From Tricharina praecox (taxonomy: Eukaryota): a stretch of DNA of 64,000 nt. Every line of letters begins with the position of its first letter. The first letter of the stretch is position 1. Position numbers and translations under genes: made by a program. Below, in pieces: positions 12,778 through 23,049 of the stretch. A model generated the notes under the pieces. It searched no databases and was not told where the DNA came from. It saw nothing but the letters and a program-made list of their open reading frames with translations. The stretch is taken from positions 124,001 through 188,000 of the forward strand of contig NW_026250435.1 in assembly GCF_024521635.1 (NCBI RefSeq), in the 5' to 3' direction.

Positions 12778-14118
12778 ATGCCGTGCTTCTCGCGCCGCAG
12801 CAAGAATCCGCATCCGCTCCGGATCCTCCTGACGAACGGGCGCTTCCCTGTGACCGTGGACCTAGCACGACAGCTCTTCCTGCTCTCGCACACCGTCTTC
12901 GTGGCGGACCCGATGCACTACCACGTATGCAAGTTCTCTCGGGCGGTGAAGAAATCCTACTTCGTCCCGTCGCCGCACATCGACGCCCCGGGGTTCATCT
13001 CTGGCATTGTCGCCGCCGTGCGGGACGCAAACATCGACCTGATCATCCCGATGCACGAGGAGATCTTCTACCTGGCCGAATCGAAGCACCCCGAGCTCCT
13101 CGCCCGCATGCTCGCCCCGCCCTGGGAAACCCTTATGATGCTGCACAACAAGTGGTCGTTCTCAGAGTGGCTCGGCTCGATCGGGCTGCGCCGTCCCGCG
13201 GCCCACCTGTGCCGCTCCCGCGAGGACGTGCTGCGCCTCCTCGCCGATACCGACACCGGCGAGGAAGCCGACGGCTGGGCCGTCAAGCCCGTGTTCGGCC
13301 GCGCGGCGAGCAACGTGTTCCACCTGCGGCGCGGGGACGAGGTGCCGCAGGAGTGCGTGGACGACATGTCGCAGGGCGCGGAGTACATCGCGCAGGAGTG
13401 GCTCTCTGGGCAGCGGTACTGCAGCTACATGGTGATCCGCGGGGGGCGCGTGCAAGCGTTCAGCCTGTACCCCGTACAGGACACCATCGACGGCAGCAGC
13501 TGCGTGTACTTCCGCTCGATCGCGCACCCGGCCATCGAGGAGTACGTCGTCGCCATCGCCAAGAACCTCCCCACAGTCGGCGCGCAGCTCGCGTTCGACT
13601 TCGTCGAGACCCGCAGCGGCGAAGTCATGGCTTTCGAGTGCAACCCCCGCGCCACCAGCGGGATACATCTGTTCTCTGGCACGCCGCTGCTGGCGCAGGC
13701 GCTCGTTTCCGGGCCGCCTGCCCCGCCAATCCCGTACCATTACACGACGTTCACGATTGTGCCGCCGCAGGGCGCCGCCCGACAGCTCGCCCCCGGGATG
13801 ATGATGTGGAAGCGTAGCGAGCGCGGCGTCAAGGCGTATCTGCAGCATATGAAGCGGCTCACGGGCAGCAAGGATGTGGTGTTCAGCAGTCGCGACCTCA
13901 TGCCGAGCCTCATGCAGCCGTTCCTTCTCACTAGCTACTACGAGATCTGTAGAGAGCGCGGACTCGCACTGCCGGTTATGTTTCAGTGGGATCTGGTGTG
14001 GCAGCCGTCGACGAGTCTGGAGGCGAGGAATCGGAAGGAGTGGGAGGGGGAGGGAGGGGAGCAGCATGGGGATAGGAGGGACTCGGCGATCGAGCAGAGC
14101 ACGCCAAGTTCCACGTAG
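12778..14118 (+). CDS. ATP-grasp fold enzyme, intronless; substrate unknown
   Basis: N-terminal ILLTNGRFPVTVDLAR...DLIIPMHEEIFYL, LHNKWSF, WAVKPVFGRA, YIAQEWLSG, QLAFDFV, FECNPRATSG (ExNPR metal-binding motif). Confidence 0.85.
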   Translation: MPCFSRRSKNPHPLRILLTNGRFPVTVDLARQLFLLSHTVFVADPMHYHVCKFSRAVKKSYFVPSPHIDAPGFISGIVAAVRDANIDLIIPMHEEIFYLAESKHPELLARMLAPPWETLMMLHNKWSFSEWLGSIGLRRPAAHLCRSREDVLRLLADTDTGEEADGWAVKPVFGRAASNVFHLRRGDEVPQECVDDMSQGAEYIAQEWLSGQRYCSYMVIRGGRVQAFSLYPVQDTIDGSSCVYFRSIAHPAIEEYVVAIAKNLPTVGAQLAFDFVETRSGEVMAFECNPRATSGIHLFSGTPLLAQALVSGPPAPPIPYHYTTFTIVPPQGAARQLAPGMMMWKRSERGVKAYLQHMKRLTGSKDVVFSSRDLMPSLMQPFLLTSYYEICRERGLALPVMFQWDLVWQPSTSLEARNRKEWEGEGGEQHGDRRDSAIEQSTPSST

Positions 14119-15039
14119 TGGTAATGGCAATAATGATCCACAAATGATGTCAAAATTCGTGTTGGTTAGTGTTCGGGGATAATTTTTTGTCTTTATGGTG
14201 GGGTTCAGACCGGTGACAGAGGGAACATCAATTGATTTTCGTATGCGGCCTTACTAGTAGATAGGTTTACACCAGTCGCGTTCTCTGTTTGCCTCAAGCC
14301 TTCGCGTGGCGAGTGATGTCGGGTGTTTTTGTTTGGTAATTCTGCATTTTGGCCGTGTTCGGCCCATACAATACAATAGAGTACTCTACCTAGCCGCCAC
14401 GAAGTACATACCATTTGTAATAGCTCTTCCATGGCAGAAAGGAATTACCGAAGCGCTGCATAGTGGCGAGGTAGGTAGGCGAAGAGCTGCTCGCGGACGC
14501 AGAAACACGTTACTCTACACGAAGCGTTCGAAATTTGAATCTGACCTCCACGGCCCAGGCTCCGGTAAAGCAAGGAGGTCGATTGCGTCCGTGGCGACTG
14601 GCTGCCAGCTCAGCTGAGCGGTCGTCTGTGAACACCGAAGTGTCGTATCTACCCAACTCCGGGTACGCCGCAGGCGCAGGCACGAAACAGCGGCCGACCG
14701 GGGGAAACAAAAAAGGATGCCGCCGAGGACCTAGACAACTGCCGTACGGTGCAGAGGGAGTATATAGAGAGCGGAGTGTGAAGTGGGCGGGAAAAATCGC
14801 GGGTTGGAGCGAGCTCCACGGAAACTATAGAAGCACCGCTAGATGCGGCGGTTCCTTCTCGGAACATGGACATCGGCATCACTCTTTGCAGCGCAGTGCC
14901 AGACCCGCTTCCATTGAAACACCCCTCTCACTCAATCCCCCGTACCGTACCCAGTAACTTTCCTCATCCCCTCGTATATCAGCCAGAGTAACGATGAAAA
15001 CCTTTGGAAATTGGAAAATTCCATTGAAATGCTCCAATA

Positions 15040-15228
15040 TTTGCATCAACCGGAAACAGTGCAATACCAGTGACACATTGGAGACCAGCATGCGCAAGCA
15101 CAGCGGCCGACCCCCGGAAATGCAAAAATAAGATTAATATTAGGACCGATATATAATCGTATTTCAGATATTAAACTGAAAAGAACAGATACTACACTTG
15201 ATCTAAGCCAAAAGGCTGTGGGTGGAGT
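15040..15228 (-). ncRNA. U2: U2 spliceosomal snRNA, copy 1
   Basis: Minus strand reads GCCTTTTGGCTTAGATCAAGTGTAGTATCTGTTCTTTTCAGTTTAATATCTGAAA, with branch-recognition GUAGUA, Sm site AUUUUUG and stem IV loop UAUUGCAC. Ends are approximate. Confidence 0.95.
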
Positions 15229-15351
15229 TAGCTTGGTGGTGGTAGTTGGGGGGGAAGGGAAGGGAAGGGTGGGGGGAGGGGGGCGTACCAAAGAGGGCTG
15301 GGGAAAAGAAGGGTGAGGGGGGAGGGTGAGGGGGGAGGGTGAGGGGGGGGG

Positions 15352-15385
15352 TTTATAGCGGTTCTGCGGCTCTGCGGTTGTGGGG
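15352..15385 (-). promoter_or_regulatory. U2 copy 1 TATA box with conserved upstream motif
   Basis: Minus strand CCCCACAACCGCAGAGCCGCAGAACCGCTATAAAC, ~125 nt upstream of U2; conserved in all three units. Confidence 0.6.
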
Positions 15386-16011
15386 TGAGATTTGGCCGGT
15401 GTTAGAGCTGGGAGCTTTGAGGGGGGGTGACTTCAGCACCAGGTAGTACATTGAGTGAGTAGTGTGGGAGCGCGGGGTCGAGGCGCCTCTGTGCTGCGGT
15501 GAGCAGCGGAGCGGCCGGAACTCAAGCTTTGACTTTCTTGACCAAGTGAAGAGCTGCTCACAGACGCCGGAAAACCAGGCTTTCCCAATCTGACCTCCAG
15601 GCTCCGATGAAGCAAGGGGGTCGATTGCGTCCGTGGCCATTGACGCCTGGCTGGGCGGTTATCTGTGAACACTGGAGTGTTGTATATCCGGGTGCGAAAC
15701 AGCGGCTTCCGGGGGGAAAGGATGTCGTCGAAGACCTAGATACTGTACCGTATAAAGGGAGAGTGGAGCCGCTGGAGCGGTGTGAAGAGGGCGGAAAGAA
15801 TGGAGGGAGCGAACTACACAGGAATTCTAGAAGCGCCGCCGGTTGCGGTTCCTTTTCGGAACATGTCCTTCAGCGTGACTCGAAGCACTTTCGCAGCCAT
15901 ACTCGCTTCCACGTCAACACCACACCTGCCCAATCCCCCGGCCCCGTACCTCCAACCTTCCTCATTCCCTCGCGCATCGGCCAGAAAAACGATGAGAGCT
16001 GGACTCCAACA

Positions 16012-16201
16012 TTCGCATCAACTGGAGACGGTGCAATACCAGTGACACATTGGGGGCCAGCATGCGCAAGCACAGCGGCCAGCCACCCAAGTTGCAAAAA
16101 TAAGATTAATATTAGAACCGATGTTGTAATCGGATTTCAGATATTAAACTGAAAAGAACAGATACTACACTTGATCTAAGCCAAAAGGCTGTGGATGGAG
16201 T
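16012..16201 (-). ncRNA. U2: U2 spliceosomal snRNA, copy 2
   Basis: Same 59-nt invariant core as copy 1; stem IIb CCGAU/AUCGG, Sm site AUUUUUG, stem IV ACUGG-UAUUGCACCGUCU-CCAGU. Ends are approximate. Confidence 0.95.
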
Positions 16202-16310
16202 TAGTATGCTGGTGGTGATGGGGGGAAGGGTTGGGGGGAAGGTTGGGGGGAGGGGGGCGTACCAAAGAGAGCTAGGGAAAAAGAGGAAAGGGAGAAGGGG
16301 GAGGGGGGTT

Positions 16311-16350
16311 TTTATAGCGGTTCTGAGGCTCTGCGGTTGCGGTTGTGGGG
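16311..16350 (-). promoter_or_regulatory. U2 copy 2 TATA box with conserved upstream motif
   Basis: Minus strand ...CAACCGCAGAGCCTCAGAACCGCTATAAA, ~110 nt upstream of U2. Confidence 0.6.
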
Positions 16351-17466
16351 TGAGGTTTGGCCGATTTTAGGGCTGAGGGCTTGGAGTGGGTAACCTACAT
16401 ATATAATATCCGAAAATATTTATGCATACTGGCTTTAACCGTGCCGGGTGACAGCGTTGATGTTTACGGTGGTCGTGAGCTGAATCTCCCTCCGGAACTC
16501 AAACTCCGACTGCAAGCTTCTCGACCAAGTGAACGGGAGCGAAGCGGCAATGGTCTCGCGGGAGAACACGGGAGATACTATGCAAGCGCGTATGCACCCT
16601 CCTCCTCCTCCTCCTCCTCCTCCTACGGCCCGTTCCTTTGGTCGTAAAACTCAACAATTACCTTGTATCGACCTTCGCACTGAAGCTCGTCATTTCCTCT
16701 CCTTGTTCCTGCCCATGTCCCGTTTTGAATTGGCCTATAGTAATAGTAAAGGATTCTATCTCCGAACATCATTAAAGAAATACTCCAAGTTGCACATAGT
16801 ACACGTAGTACATACCCGGGGTCGAGTCTCGACAACCGTCCCTTCGTTAGAGTACCTACCTGGTCACCATGAAGTATGTAGAGTAATAGTTTTTCCCTAG
16901 CAGGGAGCTCTAAGGAATCTCCGAACGCAATGGTAATCTTAATTGTATGCATCTACCTAGGTGAAGAGCTGCTTGCGCACGCCGGAATACGTTACACCAA
17001 GCGTTCGGAATCTGAAATTCAGGCTGCGATAAAGTAAGGGCCCAAGGGGACGATTGCGGCCGTGACTATTGACGACTGGCTGGCGAGGTGGTCATTGGTG
17101 AACACTAAAATGTCGTATATCAGGTACCTAGCTCCGGGTACGCCGAGGACCCAGATACCTTACCGGTACAGAGGGAGTGTGGAGCCACTGGAGCTAAGTG
17201 TGGAAGTGGGCAGGAAGAACGGGGTTGGTGTGGAGACGTCGTGTTGGGGTGGGGGGAGCGAACTCCACGGGAATTCAAGAAGAACCGCCGCAACCGGCGG
17301 TTCATCTTCAGAACATGGGCTTCGGCGTCCCTGTGAACATGCGCAACGCCAGTCACGCATCTATAGAACACCACACCAACTCAATCTGCCCTGTACCGTC
17401 GGTATCCTCCAACTTTCTTCATCCTCTCGCGCATCGGCCAGAAGAACAATGAAAGCTGCTTCAATA

Positions 17467-17655
17467 TTCGCATCAACTGGAGACAGTGCAATACCAGCGA
17501 CACCATGGGGACCAACATGCGCAAGCACAGCGGCCAGCCCCCAATTTGCAAAAATGAGGTTAATATTAGAACCGATGTTGTAATCGGATTTCAGATATTA
17601 AACTGAAAAGAACAGATACTACACTTGATCTAAGCCAAAAGGCTGTAGATGGAGT
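17467..17655 (-). ncRNA. U2: U2 spliceosomal snRNA, copy 3
   Basis: Same 59-nt invariant core; Sm site (CUC)AUUUUUG; stem IV GCUGG-UAUUGCACUGUCU-CCAGU. Ends are approximate. Confidence 0.95.
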
Positions 17656-17763
17656 TAGTATTGTAGTGATGATGAAGGTTGGGGAAGGAGGACGTACCAA
17701 AGAGAGCTGAGGAAAAAGGGGGAAAGGGAGGAGGCGAAGGGGGGGGGGGGGGGGGGGGGGGGT

Positions 17764-17795
17764 TTTATAGCGGTTCTGAGGCTCTGCGGTTGCGG
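17764..17795 (-). promoter_or_regulatory. U2 copy 3 TATA box with conserved upstream motif
   Basis: Minus strand CGCAACCGCAGAGCCTCAGAACCGCTATAAA, followed by a >20-nt C run, ~110 nt upstream of U2. Confidence 0.6.
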
Positions 17796-20277
17796 AGTTG
17801 TGGGTGTCGTTTGGCCGGTGTTAGGGCTAAGGGCTGGAGGGGGTGGCTTACTTACTCTACTTACTTCTTACATAAGCCACTAAACTGTATCTAGGCCGTC
17901 GACGACCGTGCCAAGAACCCGACTGCTCTAACCTATTTGCTCGGACCTCTCTCCCTTGGCCGAGCCGAAAACAGAAGCAGCGTACTAGTAATTACTCCCT
18001 CTGTCTAGGTCATAGACTCGTGTCTATTGCGGTTACTCTTTAGGCCTTCTATCTCTATGACCTCCCTCCGAATCACCGAAGATGATATTTAGGGGAAAGG
18101 CATCGCGTGGAAATTGCTACTAGAACAATCGAATAGGAATCGAGTGCACGCTCTTCGTATCTTCCCCACTGCGGAGATGGGGATTACAGATGCATATGGA
18201 TGTATGATACTCGACGAGGGCTGTGGATCGCTTCAAGATTTCATCGATCTTTCAACCCATCATCGTACAAGGAGGTCAGCTCTTCTATAGCTGTATGTAT
18301 GATAGGAGCAGCAGTCAGCGGAAGCCAGATGTCGTCGTGCTAGGTATCCATATGGTCGCTATGAGAGCAAGCTTGAGCGACAGCTTTTGAGAGCGGCAGA
18401 CAAGTTCCGACACGGTACTTCACAGTGCTACCTGCGTAATTACACAGATAATCACTCGGTTTGAAGGCTATACGGTACTCCTCGAAGTGATGGACTTCTT
18501 TTGGCCGCAGCGGACTGTATGGTATGTAGCGGGTTCTTCACTCGACCCTCTACACGGCGGGAAGGAAAGGGTCTGTGGTAGTTACTCGTAAACGGATCAC
18601 CAACTCATTCCTTTGCAGCAATAGGCTCCCGAGTCCCGATGCCGTGTGTTCTTCTTCCCTGGTATCATAGCTTCGGTACCATATATATAACCGCCTCGTA
18701 ACTAGGACTCGCCTATCTACGTCGAGCTCTTGGTAGTAAGCTAAGATCGAGTAGCTACTATATTATAGACTTGCATACAGCATCTCTACACGCTGGCAGG
18801 TAATCATAAATCTGATACTATTGGGGGCTCAGTGCATACACAGCCGTGACCCGCCGTAAGGCACAAACGATAGCATCCAAGGATTTTATCTAGGTAGGTA
18901 AACGGTCAACGAGCAACTTGCAGGTGCGTGGTCGCAATTCAGGAATACTTCAACGGAAGTTCTACCGTCGCGAACCTCGCAGATATATCCAGTTGTGTAA
19001 CACATGTCGTTTTGACGGTTTACCGAGTGAGATCGTGTGATAGCAGAGCCTGTTTACAGTTTGTACCTATGGACACCCGTGTATTTTTGGTCTCCTGTCA
19101 TACGCCAACTTAAGGCCACGTCGCCGGCTCGGTCCGGGAGTGTAACGATAGCACAATTCTTTGTACCGGAACCTACTCTAGTTCACGGCACTTTCCCTTT
19201 TAACGTGTGCCACACGCCCACATGGCCACGGCGTCCTCTCCGCGATCTCGTTCCGACCGCAACCGAAATGCAGCGTGGGTAGAGCACCTAATCTTGCTCG
19301 ATGGTGCATTGAGGCTGGTGATCACAAACGATCGCGAGTGATGCCACGGTGAAAGAAACATATCATAAGTCGCATCCGGTGTTTCACCACTCCTAATTGC
19401 CGGAGTGGCATCCCTTTCCTGCATCATCCCTGTTGGGTGTTGGTGGTCATCAAACCCTGAACGCCAGTCGGGATGTACAGGACTGGCAAATACTCTACTC
19501 GAGCTAGGCGGCAACGGCCTAGAGGGAAAGCTCCCTGCTCGTTCCCCCTCGAAATCCTCGTGTTGCTGTTGGTTTCATCTTGCGATGGAGAACCGAGAAA
19601 GACAGGATTTATTATCTACATCCCATACACTCTTGATAAATCGCCGAATTGAATCATCCGGCACTCTCTTTCTTTCTCTTCTTCTTCCCGCTGTCGCTAT
19701 TCCCCGTCGTTGAGTTCTCTGCCTCGATTAAACATAAAGCTCACCTGCAGTAGCTCCCCATCTCTACCCCTAGATACAGGCTTTATCCTACCCACTTCCC
19801 TTAGCGAGCGAGAAGTGAAATTGGAATGGTCTGGAAAATGTATATAAAATGATAGAATCGTAAATGGTTCAAGTTACATGTGGTCCGAGCGCACGAGCTG
19901 CGTCTGGACGACCCCTGCTCGTGCTTCTACAAGACAAGACGTGCATCTCCCGAGCAACGGGCAACGCAGCAACGGACCCTCAAACCCCTTCTCTGTTTGC
20001 CTTGCTCCTCCTCCCTCCAATCCCCGTTCCACCTTCTCCCCCTTTCCACCTTCAACCCTCTCTTCATTCCAACACTCCTCACTCCTTCACTTCGTTCCAA
20101 CACTCTCTCACCTCCAATACATACGTGAAGAACCCCCCTCGCTCTCTTCTTCTCGTACCATTTCACCTAATATTCTACCACCGATAACCAAACCCCCCCT
20201 CTCCACTCTCTCCCAACGAATTCAAACGAACACGAACACAACAGTCAAGTTGCACGATAACCGCACAAACGAACAGA

Positions 20278-21911
20278 ATGTCGTCCCAAACATGGCCGGA
20301 ACTCAAGGCTGACCACCCCATCATCAAGCTCCACCAGAAGCTTCCAGAGATTCTCACTGCTTCTGAGGGCTACAACTCGATCTGGGGACTCACCCTTATC
20401 GCTCCTCCTGCCGCTGAGCCCAGCGCCATCTCCGCCACCCCTCCTGCCACCACCTCCACTCCTCCCCCCGCCGATGCCGCTGCCCCTACACCAGAAGCCG
20501 GCGTCGCTGCCGAGACCGCGTCCGTCGCCTCGGCCGACAAGAAGCCCGTCCCACAGCCCACCTTCGGCACCGCGCTGATCCTGCAGAAGTTCCTGCGCGC
20601 GAACGCGAACGACGTTGCCAAGGCCTTCTCGCAGCTGAAGGACACCATGGTGTGGCGCAAGGGGTTCTTCTCCGCCGACGGAGAGAGCAGCAAGGGATGG
20701 AGCGAGACCAAGTTCAAGGGAATCGGATACGTCAACACCATCAAGCACAAGAGCGGTGTGGAGAAGGTCGTCTCTTGGAACATCTACGGTGCCACCAAGG
20801 ATATCAAGGCTACGTTCGGCGGACTCGACGAGTTCATCCGGTGGAGGGTCAATCTCATGGAGGAGAGCTTGACGCGTCTCAAGTTGGGCGAGGCCACCGA
20901 GCCGATCCCCGACTACGGTCAGGGCGAGGATCCTTACATGAGTCTTCAGGTCCATGACTACATGAACGTTTCTTTCTTGCGACTTCCGTCGGAGGTCAAG
21001 GCGGCCAGCAAGAAGACGATTGAGATGTTCGCAAGATACTACCCCGAAACGTTGGAGAGGAAGTTTTTCGTGTATGTGCTCGTTCCGCCGATCGATGCGA
21101 TGTGGTTGCATAACTGACTTTCGTGATGCAGGAACGTTCCCGCGCTCATGGGCTGGGTCTACAGCTTCATCAAGAGGCTGTTGAGCAACGCTACGGTGTC
21201 AAAGGTATGTTTTTGCCATTGGATATGTCGAGGAGTTCATCGCTGATTGCAATTTCTCTTCAGTTGGAGATGTTGAGTTCAAGCAAGGAGCTGGCCTCCT
21301 GGTTGGGCGAGGACATTCCTAAGCAGTACGGTGGAAACGCCGAGCCTTTGGAGTCGGGTAGCAACTCGGTCCACAGCCCCAAGGACGTCGACGGAGAGGC
21401 TGCCGAGGAGGCCGCCGTCAAGGAGAAGGAGGCCAAGGAGGCTAAGGCTGTCGAGGAAGCCACCGCTGCCGCCGCCGCCGCGAATGAGCAGGAGACTAAG
21501 CCGGCTGTCGTCGAGGAGGTCAAGGCTACCGAGGAGGCACCCAAGGAGGCACCTAAGGAGGAGGCCGCGCCAATCGTGAGCGTCACCACCCCCGCTGAGA
21601 CCACCGTGGAAGAACCGAAGGTCGCCGAGATTCCCGTCGTGGCTGTCCCTGAGACCGCTACAGTAGCCGAAATCGAGGCCCCTAAGGCCGAGGAGACGCC
21701 GGTTGCCAAGAAGGAGGAGGAGGTCACCCCCTTGCCCCTTACCGAGCCCGTCACCGCCGAAGTCGTCGTCGCCGAGGCCGCCACGCAGCCAATCACTGAG
21801 GTCGAGGTTCGCGAGGATGCTCCAGCGGCTCCCAAAGACATCTCCGAGGTCCCCATTCCTGCGCCCATCGCTCTCACCGAGGCCCCCAAGGTCGAGGAGA
21901 AGAAGGAGTAA
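20278..21911 (+). CDS. SFH5: CRAL-TRIO (Sec14-like) phosphatidylinositol transfer protein with an acidic low-complexity C-terminus
   Basis: LILQKFLRANANDV, VVSWNIYG, FIRWRVNLME, QVHDYMNVSFLR, YYPETLERKFFVNVP. Introns 21072-21131 and 21205-21263. TATATAAA at ~19841. Confidence 0.88.
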
Positions 21912-23049
21912 ACATTTGCACATGTTCCACTATTGATACTAGTTTTTTCATCCTTTTTCTCTCTCTGGCATTTTGGCTAGTGCTGTGTACGGGCGTTCTT
22001 TTCCGTTTCATTTCATTCCCTTCTCTTTTTTTTCAATTGTCCTGCTTTGTTCTTTTCCTTTCTTTCGTCGTCATCGACTCTCGGGGACGTGTGATGGATG
22101 GATGGGTGGGGGAGTGCATTGGGAAAAACAACAAATCGGTGAAGAGATTCTGAGGCGGATATAAAAAAGCGAGCGTGTTCTTTTCTTCACTTTGCTGTCT
22201 TGTTTGGAGGGAAAAGAAGCGGTGTTTTCAATGTTGATATCCCACTTCCTCTTTCTTTCGATTGTCTTGTGATTTTCACGTCTGCTCTGCTTTTGCGTCC
22301 GTCTGTTGTGTTGATCTTCTTTGCTGTGTTGTGTCTTTCTCTGTCTGCGGTTGTTGTTGTCGTTGACGATGTTTTCTAATGTTTAATGCGTTGTTGCAAC
22401 TGTTCGTTTGCCCACTGTACTTTAGGATCAAGGAATGGGGGAGGAGGGGGAGGAGGGGGTGGAAAGCGACGTTGGGGATTCGTCTAGTTACCTACATAGA
22501 GGAGAACCAAAGATTGAGGTTAGAACAAGCTTTTTTTTTTTGCCCTGCAGCTTCGCCCGGTGCATTGAGTTCGACCAACAAAAGTCATGGCGTGTGCAAA
22601 TACAATGTGTATGCAGTCACCTTTCTGCCGAGCGAGTCCATCTATCCAATAACCTTCGTCCTTCGGGATGGTCATATATATGTAGAGTACTGGCTGGATG
22701 TTCAAAGTTCAGTGGCGATATGACTGGGGGTAAGAGCATAAACCTTGTATTTGTAGTTGACTCGAACGGAAACTCGTTGCGGTTCGTTGGACACAGCCCG
22801 TGACCTGACTGAAAGGTTTTGGCTATGACGCGCTATGTAAATATCCCTGCTTCGAAAACGGACAGCTCACATGCACGCACGCGGAGCATCTCCGAAAGAA
22901 AGGTATGAGAGCGGAAGTGCTCTGAGCCGCCCCGCAACCACTCCCTACTATCACTACCACAACCACCGCCTCTTCGCGGATTATCATCACAAGTTCACAA
23001 CAAACCAACACCACGCACACCCCCGACACCACATGCTCCAACCGCAACA

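Larger units (their letters stand above)
14377..17850. repeat. Tandem array of three diverged ~0.9-1.4 kb units, each carrying a U2 snRNA gene
   Basis: Shared blocks (gaagagctgct, gattgcg.ccgtg, gtgaacac, gcggttc...gaacatg, the U2 body, G-rich tract + tttatagcggttctg) recur at ~14377-15425, ~15548-16390 and ~16848-17850. Confidence 0.92.

Noticed and set aside
9274..14118. Sedolisin + ATP-grasp as a peptide biosynthetic cluster
   Set aside because: The sedolisin is an ordinary secreted TPP. No precursor peptide, transporter or tailoring gene is recognisable in the 1.6-kb divergent spacer.
14535..17583. Similar plus-strand ORFs (140, 181 and 173 aa) in the three repeat units
   Set aside because: They are by-products of the DNA repeat; two run antisense through U2. 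Starts and lengths are inconsistent, there are no protein motifs, and conservation peaks in the U2 RNA.
14377..17850. The array as LTRs, a transposon or a CRISPR array
   Set aside because: No TG...CA ends, TIRs, transposase/RT or cas genes; the conserved core is clearly U2 snRNA.
18090..18290. Kinase-like fragment (CMILDEGCGSLQDFID)
   Set aside because: Too short, flanked by stops, and no other kinase motifs.
17900..19800. Telomerase RNA candidate in the ~2-kb ORF-poor gap
   Set aside because: No CUAACCCU/UAACCCUAA template on either strand.
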